Source: Malacoraja senta
Taxonomy: Eukaryota
Reading direction: 5' to 3'
Length of the DNA stretch: 64,000 nt
NCBI GenBank assembly: GCA_038087875.1
Contig: CM075987.1
Span: 18,912,001 to 18,976,000 of the forward strand
The translations under genes were made by a program, and so were the position numbers. This document shows, one piece after another, positions 29,001 through 41,000 of this stretch; within the stretch, counting starts at the first letter, position 1, and the number at the start of each line of letters is the position of its first letter. The notes below the pieces were generated by a model. The model saw only the letters and a program-made list of their open reading frames with translations, searched no databases and was not told where the DNA came from.

Positions 29001-32000
29001 AGTTGCCCTCGGAATTCTCAATGAGGTTGGCGGCCACCCACATGGCCAAGGTGTCGCTTTTACAGTAGGACTACCGGGCAACCCAAAATCTTCAATGATG
29101 TAATAAAGGAAGAATAGTTTATGGATGACAAGTGTCTATCCGCTACAAAATCAACCAAAATCCACTCAGTTTTTCTTTCCACATAATTTGCAAATCCTCC
29201 ATAATCGTAGTTCTGCAATCCAATTCCGCTCAAGTCATTTGTATTTGGGTTCTGGATTGAAGACACTAAAATGTCATTGCAAAATCAATATATTGCTCCC
29301 AAATATTGTCTCCAATTGACAAATATATTTCTGTCTTTGTCTGAAATCAACTATTTATTAGGACTTTGTGACTGGATTTTTTTTGTTCAAGGCACACAAT
29401 TTTTCATTATCAACTCCAACAGCGATGCTGCCTGACCCACTGAGTTACTCCAACACTTTGCTTTTTTAAAAAATATTGAAAGTCTAGGACAGGTAATTTA
29501 ATAAACTAAATTTTAAATGTTAGCGAACTTGTGGTATCATCTATCTATATAATTAAAAGTCTCATCTTGACCACTTCCTGTTTGCACTGCATATTGATTT
29601 TAGAAAAAACGCTATCACTTAAGGCTGTGATTTTTGGCCATCTTACTCAGTCCCCCTCCGTTGTGCAGGACAAGAGGATTTTTCCCATCGATGAAAAATA
29701 AAAGAGTTATTAGTGCTGAAAAAATGTTGAGATTCTCTCTCCTGTCAATTACTGCCACAAAGGCCACGCCTCTTCTGATGGGAGGGACTATAAAACCAGG
29801 AAGTATGGGCATGGCTCAGTCTCTGCAAGATGGGGGAGGGAGAGGTCACCTTGGTGGCCTTGCACCTTGATGAGGTAATGGTAGGAAACTGCATTTGAAT
29901 TTGGTGGCCTTGCACCCTGCTTGAAATGGTAAGAAACTTCAATTGAATTTGGTGGCCTGCACTCTGCTTGAAATGGAATTTCAAGGAATAGCCGTGAGTA
30001 AACTGCCAACCAACCAGCCGTGAGTGAGTAAGCTGCCAGCACACCAGCCTTGAGTTACTGAGCTGCCAACCTAAGAATCCATTCGGCCCACAATGTCCAT
30101 ACTAGCCCTCTGGAAACAAGTCCCTTCATACCACAACACCCATACTAGCCCTCCAGAAAGCCCCCCCACTGGCCACCAATATTGGAATTGGTGGAGAGGT
30201 GGAATATTGCGTTGGGGGACTAGCCCTCCCGTGTGAACATGGGTCCCACTTAGTCTAGTACATAACTAAAACTCTGATCTTGTTATCTTCCGGTTTGTGC
30301 GGTATTTCTATTTGCGCAAAAACGGTTCGCGATAGCGCCACGATTTTTTGCCAGTTCACTCACCGTTCTCCTATGCTGCGATTGCACCAAGTTTTGTTCC
30401 GATCGGTTGAATATTGTAAAAGTTAGCAGGGTTAAAAAAATCTTTAAAACCGCGCGCGCGCAGATCGATCTCTTCTCCTGTCACTCACCGGGGCGGTCCG
30501 CCCCTTCCTGCGCCATTGCGTCTTTATTAGAGCTGAGGATGGCCGGCGGAGGCCAGCCCCAAGCAGCGCAGCGTCAAGCAGCTCAGCGTCAGAGACCCAG
30601 CCCAGCGTCGGAGACCCAGCCCAGAGTCGGAGACCCAGCCGAGCCCGGAGTCAGATCTGTTGCCAAATGGAAAGCGGAGACTCTGATCCCGACGGAGAAG
30701 AATGACCAACGATCAGCGGCCACTATGAGTTCCCATCGCATCGCCAATTCCAGCAATTACTCCTCTGGTCCCCCTCGCTGGCTCCTCCCCCCTCCCCCGT
30801 GATACCTCCTCTCGCCCATGTCTTTTCTCCGAGCTCACTCCCCCCTTCCACCCCCCGCCCACACCCCTCTCCCCCCTCCCCGCCCACCCAGAAACAATAT
30901 TCTATGGTATGATGAAGCCAAGATTGAACTCTTTGGCCTGAATGCCAAGAGTCACGTCTGGAGGAAACCAGGCACCGCTCATCACCTGGCCAATACCATA
31001 CCTACGGTGAAGCATGGTGGTGATAGCATCATGCTGTGGGGATGTTTTTCAGCGGCAGGAACTGGGAAACTAGTCAGGATTGAGGGAAAGATGAATGGAG
31101 CAAAAAACAGAGAGATCCTTGATGAAAACCTGTTCCAGAGCATTCAGGAACTCAGACTGGGGCGGAGGTTCACCTTCTAACAGGACAATGACCCTAAGTA
31201 CACAGCCAAGACAATGCCGGAGTGGCTTTGTGACAAGTCTGTGAATGTCCTTGAGTGGCCCAGCCAGAGCCCAGACTTGAACCCGATCGAAGATCTCTGG
31301 AGGGACCTGAAAATAGCTGTGCATCGACGCTCCCCATCCAACCTGACAGAACTTGAGAGGATCTGCAGAGAAGAATGGGAGAAATTACCCAAATACAAGT
31401 GTGCCAAGCTTGTAGCACCATACCCAAGAAGACTTGAGGCTGTAATCGCTGCCAAAGATGCCTCAAAAAGTACTGAATACTTATATAAATGTGATATTTC
31501 AGTTATTTCTGTATAATTACTTTGCAAACATTTCTAAACACCTGTTTTCGCTTTTATATTATGGGGTATTGTGTGTAGATTGATTAAAACATTTTTTTAA
31601 TCCATTTTAGAATAAGGCTGTAACGTAACAAAATGTGGAAAAGTGAAGGGGTCTAAATACTTTCTGAAAGCATTAAACACCATTTCAGAGGGTGGTTAGA
31701 TTGAATTGTTTAGGTGATTGGTAGATGAATACAAAAATAACTCTCAGCCACCTTCCAATAAATAGAAAAAAAACAGCTATAGTTCTACAGAATAGAGTAT
31801 TTAAATGCAAGGCACCACTTATGTTGCAGTCACAAACTCAAATACCTGCCCACAGTTGTAACTTAATATCAGCTATCCATATACAAATTGCACAATTTCA
31901 AATTTTTGATTGAACTAATATTGTGCTTCTAATGTTATACATTTAAATTGAAGGAAACATGAAATGCCTTTTCTACAATTTTCTGCTAGATATAGAAATT

Positions 32001-35000
32001 CTTCAATAATTGTCTCATTACTACCATACCGTAATAATCTTCTCCTGTTGCGAACTGACCCACGAGTGCTTTGAAGTACTGCAAGGGAACAACAAAAGAA
32101 AAATGAGTGATAATAACAACAGATTTCTTACTGAAAACACACAAGAGTCTGTGGATTAAAAATATATATATTTCACATTTACCCAATAAGTACATTCAAT
32201 TGTGAAAATTAGTAAGAAACTTGGCAAGGCACATTTGTTCCAAAAATTCACCTTCAGGGTTAATCTCACCCAAAATTGTGATTAGCAACAACATTTTCCT
32301 AGTAGCCATGTCCTTTCACTGGCAATAGTTAATTTCCAACCACATTAAGCAATTCTGCAGAATTGTGGTGGCGCTGTCAAGAAAATCAAAATAGAAATGT
32401 ATTTTAATCCCCATGAGAAAATGCAATGTGATATAGTCCTCAAATTATATGTTCCAAAGGTACATGCAAATTCTTGAAAGTTGAAGAAAATTGTTAGTAT
32501 AGCTATTCCAGATAGAATTTCTTTGAAATGCCCATATAATCAGCCCATATAGTGTCAGTCAGAGAGCAAATTAAAAAAAAAACAGCACCTATTGCTCACA
32601 ACTCAGGAGGTTTTCATTTCTGAACTCAAACCTACATATTTAAAAGGAATATTTATAATATGTAAGATACAGTGCCCTCCATAATGTTTGGGACAAGGAC
32701 CCGTCATTTATTTATTTGCCTCTGTACTCAACATTTTGAGATTTGTAATAGAAAAAAAAAATCACATGTGGTTAAGGTGCACATTGTCAGATTTTAATGA
32801 AGGCCATTTTTATACATTTTGGTTTCACCATGTAGAAATTACAGCAGTGTTTATACATAGTCCCCCCCATTCCGGAATGTATTGTAAATGAAAGTAGTCA
32901 GTGTGATGTATGTAATATAATTAGCATATGTTATGTCTTGTGCGAGAGGACGCATGCGCTGGGGGAGACTCAAGGTGGCGACCTAGAATAAAGAAGCTTG
33001 TCAGTTTACTCCTGTATCTGAGAGTTCTTTTGGGCCAGTTCCAAGCACCCAAATACACTACAATTGGCGACGAGGATGGGATGGAGTTCGTGAGCTCACC
33101 CGCAGGACTGTTTTGCAACAAGCAGGATTGTTTGGCCGTTTAAACAGTAGATACAGAGTTGTGTCGCAGTTGTTTGCGAGCTGGACATGAGAGGCCTGCA
33201 GATCCCTCTATGCCGGGGACTGTAATTTAAAACATCAGCTGTACAAGTCGGCGAGTTTTGTAAGGCTATCTTTATGTTGTGTCTACGTGGCAAGACGTTG
33301 TCCTTCGGATTGTTACACATTTAAGGCTGAGGTTTTTTTTGTCGAATTCCTCAAGCTGAATAATCTTTGTACAGCTAAGTTTTAGGTGAATTGTTACACC
33401 AGAACACGCAACAAGGATAACGAGGCAACGAGGATAAAAGAACAGAAAAGAACAAAGAAGGACTTTCAAGAAAAAAAAAACCAAGTTAAAAAGAAGAGGT
33501 TGTGTTTGGAAACAAAGTGGAACGGCACCAAGCCAAAGGAAAGAAAGGTCAGAACAGGAAGCAAGGAAAACAAGTGGGGCAGTAAGTAAGTGTCACCGAA
33601 GAACGCAGCCGAAAGCTGGAAGCCTAACCAGCAGGACAGCGACAGTGTCAACTTACCTGGAATGTTTTCCAGGGCCGTGCAGCCACGGGAAAGGGGCAGA
33701 AGAGGCCCAGCAGCCGCCACCGACTTCGGGTGAGTTCCAGGGCCGTGTACCGTGTAGGCCACGGACAGGTCCAGTGACCGCCACCGACTTTGGACGTTTT
33801 CCAGGGCTGTGCAGCCCACAGCCAGGCCCAGGAGCCGCCACCGACGTCGAGTGAGGGCCTAGTACCGGGTAGGCCACGGACAGGTCCAGTGAAGCCACAG
33901 ACGAAACGGAGTCAGCCCGGCCGGGAGAAGAGTCAGCCCGGTCGAGGGAGAAAACTGGCCGCGTGAGAAGCGGACAGGTAGAGTAAAAAAAAAAAACGGC
34001 TGCGAGAGAAGCGGACCGGTCGTGAGAGAAAGCCCGGTCGCAAGAGACGGCCAAGAGGAGAGAAAGCCCGGTCGGGAGTAGTCAGCCCGACCGTGAGCAG
34101 AAAAGCGGAGAGGCCCGCGAGAGAAGCGGAGAGCCGTGAAAGCCCGGTCGCAAGGGACGGCCGAGAGCGGAGAAAGCCCGGACGTGAGAGGAAGTCCGGC
34201 CCCGATAGAAGAGTGGGTCAGCGCGAGAGAAGCGGGACACAGCAGTCAAGCACTTCAGCCGGTCGGGAGCAGAGTCAGCCCGGTCGGGGGAGAAAGTGGA
34301 GAAAGCCCGGTCGCGGGAGACGGCCGAAAGCAGAGAAAGCCCGGTCGCGGGAGACAGCCGAGAGTGGAGAAAGCCTACCACGAGAGAGGCACAGTCCCGT
34401 CGCTTGGAGCAGCGGGGACCAGCAGCAGTAACTAGCAGCGACTCACCATCCGCAGGGTGTCCAAGGGAGACAGCGACGAGCCGAGCAGCGGGTCCAGTAT
34501 CAGCCAGGAGGGCTGTGGAGCCAGCGGGCAGGCAAGTCAGCGGAGCAGCAGGAGTCGACTTGGCAACAAGCCAGCGGCAGCAAAAGTGACGGTGAAGCCC
34601 AGGGGAGCCAGCAAAAGCAGCACAAGTGGAGGTCCGGTGAGGCCATCAGCAAAGGTACCAGTGGGAACAGCTCGAGAGGTCGAGGATGCACCAGAGTCCA
34701 CAGGCCACAAGCTGGAGCTGTGAAATCCTTCATAATAAAAGCCCTCTGTGAATGAAATGCATGGGCACAGTAAAAGCAGGACTGTTTAAATGTAATGCAT
34801 TGGTCACTGTTATTAATAGTAAATCTGTGTGCATAGAAGGAATATGGTTTAAAATGTTCTAAATGGCTATTAACATGAAATGTTGGTTAATAGTATAAAT
34901 CTATTATTATAAGAATTAGTAATAGTCAGTGGGCTGGATCACTTCTTAGTGTGTAAAATGATTAAGTCTAGTGCAGAAAACACAGTGAGAGAACAGAATA

Positions 35001-38000
35001 TAGTGCACCTGAATAGCAACATGTAGCATGGCTTTCCAAATTGTAGGAAACGTGCCCCAGTTAGATTCTGGGTGTAATTTTGAGAAATGGACCAAAGTCT
35101 TGGAGGCTTGTTTCATTTCCAATGATATCGCTGCAGAGGAGAAGAGAGCATGGTTCATATTAGGCTTAGGAAGAGAGGGTTATCAGACCTCACGTATGTT
35201 ACTGCAGCCAGCAAAGCCCACAGATAAAATGTACAAGGAGTGTAAGGAGGCATTAATGGCTCATTTCTCGCCAAAACCTCCAAGGGCATCCAGAGGCAAG
35301 GAGCCTGAACTAAAGAGGGCAGAGAGTCCCTCAAAGGACAAAAGTCAAGTGCAAAAGGACAATGGTCAAGTGCAAAAGGACCAAGGTCAAGTGCAAAAGG
35401 ACCAAGGTCAAGTGCAAAAGGACCAATGTCAAGTGCAAAAGGACCAAGGTCAAGTGCAAAAGGACAAAGGTCAAGTGCAAAGCGACAAAGGTCTAGTGCA
35501 AAGGGACAAAGGGCAAATGCAAAGTGACAGAAGTCAAAGGCAAAGGGAAATTGCCATCCAAAGGGCAACCCTAGCTATTCAAGCTGCATTCAGGGGTATG
35601 AAGGTACGGAGAGAGGTCCGGAACAAGCAGAAGGCAGCAACGGTAATACAAGCAGCATTTAGAAGGCACAGAGTATACCGTCAATACAAGGCAATGAAAT
35701 TAGCAGCTATAATAGTACAAACCCATTATAGGGCACACCTTCAAATGGAAAGTGATCGCAAGACTTACATGAAGGTACGCAGAAGCGTTGTACTGCTTCA
35801 GGCTGCCTACCGAGGAATGGTTGTTCGAAAGCAATTGCGGTGCATGCACAAATCTGCCAAGGTCATACAGACTTATTATCAGATGCATAAACAGCGTCAG
35901 TATTTCAAGAAACTACGCTGGTCTGCCATTGCGGTACAGCAACGATACAGAGCTTGCCAGATAAGAGATGTCCAAGTGAGACATTATAATAGTTTGAGAA
36001 AAGCAGTGGTTTGTATTCAGGCTTTCTACCGTGGGATCAAAGCCAGAGAATTGGTTGAGAAAATCAAGGCAGCACGCCATATTACGTCATTCATAAGGAT
36101 GTGTATTACAAGAAAGCACTTCTTGATGCAAAAGGCGGCTGTAGTCACTCTGCAAGCTGCATACCGTGGTTACTGATTAAGGGTATGGTACAGAGCTATG
36201 CGACAAGCAGTCATTTCGATCCAGAGATGGTACAAAGCATGCAAAATAGGGCATTCCCAGTTTGTGCAATATCAGTCAATGAGGTATGCAACTATTACCA
36301 TTCAGGCTGCCTACAAGAGTATGGTGGTTAGGCAGTGGGTTAAGCAAAAGAGGGCTACTGTAAAAGTGCATTCAGTACTCCATATGAGTTGGTATAGGAA
36401 AGACCTAAGGAGACAAATAGATGCACAACAGAAAAGGCTTAAATGATACAAAAGGCTTAAACGATATAGGAAAGACTTCCTCAAACTGATTTATACAGCA
36501 GTTGTAGTGCAGTCTCACTACCTTGCTTATGTAGTAAGAACAATATACAGAGCGCAAATCAAAGCCACTGTTGTATTGCAAAGACAATATAGATCCTACT
36601 TCTTGACGAATAACCAGAAAAGTGATTTAAGAAGACAAATAGATGAAAAACTGAAAAGGCTTAAACGATACCAAGAATGGTTAAATAAATGTGTGACGAT
36701 GAGCAAAAAGCTGTTAATAGAAAAGTCTAAAGAAGAGAGGCTTGTCGGTCGAGACAAAAGTATGCAGGACCGATTGCGATTAGGACACTTCACTATAGTC
36801 CAGCATGGAGCTTCCTTCACTGAGCAATGGACAAATGGTTATGCATTACAGAATGTCATTATTCAACAAGAGCAGATAAATATGCAGCGCCAGGAAATTG
36901 AGCGACAGAGGAAGCTGCTGAAAAACAAAAACCTGCAGTCATGTGCCAGATCCCACCTACAAATAAGGAACAGAAACAGAGGAAATGTTAACTGTAGCAG
37001 AATATCAAGAACACGAAGAAATCTGCAAATTAGATTAGGATATTTAAAAAGGGAAGAGGCAGAGATACAGGTAGACCTAGTGATTAGAAAGAGTGTGCAA
37101 TTTACACAGAAGGGAACGGAAAAGGATAACACATAAAGCAAGGTGTAATGTATTTGATTTAAGGAAGATGAGTGGAATGAACCATTATAAGTGCTAAGTT
37201 TAGATACGATTATTACAGTTATGAGGATGTAATGTAAGATGACTGTAATAATATAATTTTGCAACAGTGTTAAGCAATTATATTTAATGTAATAGAAATG
37301 GTGTTATTCGCCTCCAAGTTAAAGGGGGAGCAGTGTAATGTATATAATGTAAATGGTGTTACCTGCCTCCAAGTTAAACGGGGAGCAGTGTGATGTATGT
37401 AATATAATTAGCATATGTTATGTCTTGTGCGAGGGAACACATGCGCTGGGGGAGACTCAAGGTGGCGTCCTAGAATAAAGAAGCTTGTCAGTTTACTCCT
37501 GTATCTAAGAGTTCTTTTGGGTCAGTTCCAAGCACCCAAATACACTACAGTCAGGCTTAGTATTTTGTTGCATATCATTTGCATGCCATGCAATGACTGC
37601 TTGAAGTCTGCGATTCGTGGACATCACCAGTTGCTGGGTGCTTCTCTGGTGATGTTCTGCCAGGCCTGTATTACAGCCATCTTTAGCTTATGCTTGTTTT
37701 GAGGGCTAGTCCCCTTCAGTTTTCTATTCAGCATATAAATGGCATGCTCAATTGGATTCAGATCAGGTGATTGACTTGGTCACTCAAGAATTCACCATTT
37801 TTTAGCTTTGACAAGCTACTTTGTTGCTTTAGCAGTATGTTTAGGATCATTGTCTTGCTGTAGAATGAACTGCCGGCCAATGAGTTTTGAGACATTTGTT
37901 TGAACTTGAGCAAATAGGATGTGTCTATACACTTCAGAATTCATTATGCTACTACCATCAGCAGTTGTATAATCAATGAAGATGTGAGCCAGTACCTTCA

Positions 38001-41000
38001 GCAGCCATACATGCCCAGGCCATAACACCCCCACCACCGTGTTTCACAGATGAAGCGGTATGCTTTGGATCTTGGGCAGTTCCTTCTCTCCTCCATACTT
38101 TGCTCTTGCCATCACTCTGATATAAGTTAATCTTCGTCTCATCTGTCCACAAGACCTTTTTCCAGAACTGTGATTGCTCTTTTAAGTACTTCTTGGCAAA
38201 CTGTAACCTGGCTATCCTATTTATCCAGCTAACAAGTGGTTTGCATCTTGTAGTGTAGCCTCTGTATTTTTGTTCATGAAGTCTTCTGCGGACAGTGGTC
38301 ATTGACAAATCCACACCTGACTCCTGACGAGTGTTTCTGACCTGCCGGACAGGTGTTTGGGGATTTTTTTTAATTACAGAGAGCATTCTTCTGTCATCAG
38401 CTGTGGAGGTCTTCCTTGGCCTGCCAGTCCCTTTGCGATTAGTCAGCTCACCAGTGCTCTCTTTCTTCTTACTGATGTACCAAACAGTTGATTTTAGTCA
38501 GCGTAAGGTTTGGCTGATGTTTCTAACAGTTTTATTTTTGTTTCTCAGCCTCATAATGGCTTCTTTGACTTTCATTGGCACAACTTTGGTCCTCATGTTG
38601 ATAAACAGCCCCATAGCAGAAGCATCCATGTCGCGGCGCTGGAAACTGGAAGTGTCCTGAGCTAGGCCACCATCATCTACTGTATCTATTGTACCAACTC
38701 CTGCAAAGCTACAACCACCAGCCTACAAAGTTTTAACAAGTGATGGCTCCCACCGATTGTCGCCAGAAGCCTGCGTCCTTTTCAGGATGGATGATGACGG
38801 TGATGTCCATCAATGCCGAGGGCATTTCATCTGCAAAACAACAACTAATTGGAAAGCTCTGCAATGAGAATGCCTGTGATGTCTTATGTCTACAAGAGAC
38901 CCACAGATGCCAGCAACAGCATCGACCTAAGATCCCTGGAATGAAACTAGTTATTGAAAGGCCACATGAGAAATATGGCAGCACTATCTTCAGTAAAAGA
39001 GACCTAATCATCAACCAGACTTCAATGACAGAAAGGGACAACATAGAAATCCTTGCTGTGAACCTGGGGAAACTAATTGTGACCTCTGTTTACAAACCGC
39101 CAGGCTCTTCATTTGCCTTTGAAGAACACCAAACCATCAGTTACCAACACATGAATGTTACCATTGGGGATTTCAACAGCCACAGCACCTCATGGGGCTA
39201 TAAAGAAACCAACGAGGATGGTAATCTTGTAGAGAGTTGGGGAGAAGCACATCATCTTGACCTAATTCATGATGTTAAACTTCCTCCTTCCTTCAATAGC
39301 TGCCGATGGAAGAAAGGCTATAATCTCGACCTGACCTTTACAAGTGATCGAATAACATGTCAAGGCAAAAAACTAGTCTTCGAGTCAATACCACACTCAC
39401 AACACAGACCAATCATCATTGACATTACTGTTGTGGTACCTCAGAGAGTTCCTCTAGGACGGCGTTTCAACTTTCAAAAAGCTGATTGGGAGCAGTTTGC
39501 CAGCAATCTGGACGGAGCCCTATCTAATCTCGAGCCAGTCCCAGCAAACTATGATCAGTTCATCAAAACAGTGCAAGACATTTCTAGAAAGTATATTCCA
39601 CGCGGATGTAGTGAGTAGTATATACCTGGAATCTCAGCTGACAGTGCCTCATTTTACGAGAAGTACTCAAAACTGTACGAGGAAGATCCCTTCTCAGAGG
39701 AAACTATGAACACAGGGGCGATGCTCATGTTAACAATATCAGGGTAACAAAGAAAATCCTGGCAAGAACTTACTGAGAGTGTTGATATGACACACAACAG
39801 TAAGAGAGCTTAGTCAACCACCAAGAAGCTAAACAACGACCCCCAGAAGGCAACTGCACTCTAACATTACAGCAGATCAGGTTGCTCACTAGCTGCTTCT
39901 GAATGGCAAACCACCACACAAGAAGCACCACAAAATGAGTCTATGGCCTCAGGGTGATAGAGAGTCAACCTGGTACTTCAACAGCAAGGAACTCCAGAGA
40001 GCAATCAATTCCCTCAAGAACGGCAAGGCAGCTGGCCTTGATGACATTCGCACAGAACAGATCAAACATTTTGGGCAGATTACACAAGAGTTGGTCCTCT
40101 TGCTGCTCAACAATTGTGCAACCCTCTGCCAGCGACCTAAAATATGGCAGAAAGCTCTTGTGATCGCTATCCTTAAGCCAGGGAAAGACCCTAAAGAAGC
40201 AAAAAGCTACTGACCGATCTCCCAACTATGCCATCTCTTCAAGCTCTTTGAGTGCCTCATCTTGAACAGGTTGGGCCCAATCACAGAACAACACCTTATA
40301 CCAGAGATCGTGTACCAGCCAAGTGCTCAATCTAACTCAGCACATTGAGGACGGCTTTGAAAGGAATGAACCAACTGGCGTTGTCTTTGTTGATCTGACA
40401 GCTGACGACGACACTGTGAACCACAGGCTGCACCTCAATAGACTCCATGACATGACAGAGGACTTCCACTTGACCAATCTGATTCAACAGTTACTGGAAA
40501 ACAGTCGCTTCTATGTTGAGCTGAATGATAAACGCAGCAGATGGAGGAAACAAAAGAATGGCCTACCTCAGGGCAGTGTCCTTGCTCCGGTTCTGTTCAA
40601 TGTATACACTAATGATCAGCTAGTGTTCCCAGGGACAAGAAGCTTTGTTTACGCTGACGACCTTGGAATAGCAGCCCAGAGCACTCACATAGATGAGGTA
40701 GAAGCTACCCTCTCATCATCCTTAGACAACTTGACAAACTACTACTAGGACAACCAACTGAAGGCAAACCCTGCTAAGACCCAGGTTAGCCTGTTCCACC
40801 TTCGTAATCACGAAGCTGGGAGGAAGCTGTCCGTAACATGGATTGGTGTCCCTTTGAGACACTGTGAACTACCCTGTCTACCTTGGGGTCACTCTGGACC
40901 GAACCCTCTCCTTCAAGCAACACATCAAATGGGTGAAGGGCAAAGTGAGGACGAGGAACAGCCTCCTCCGCGAGCTGGCAAACTCGTCGTGGGGTAACAA

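Larger units (their letters stand above)
32902..37549 (+). mobile_element. Non-autonomous Ty3/Gypsy-type LTR retroelement with captured host gene fragments
   Basis: TG...CA 161-bp LTRs, GTCAG TSD (32897-32901, 37550-37554), PBS, PPT, Gag-like N-terminus, no RT/IN seen. Confidence 0.93.

Noticed and set aside
33065..33082. tRNA gene
   Set aside because: Only an 18-nt complement to a tRNA 3' end, i.e. a PBS; no cloverleaf.
35334..35535. CRISPR-like array (also considered for 33905-34375)
   Set aside because: Head-to-tail tandem repeats without unique spacers; eukaryotic context; no cas genes.
35028..37136. The genuine ASPM or TLK2 locus
   Set aside because: Partial, intron-less, fused to Gag and enclosed by LTRs within a QSOX2 intron.
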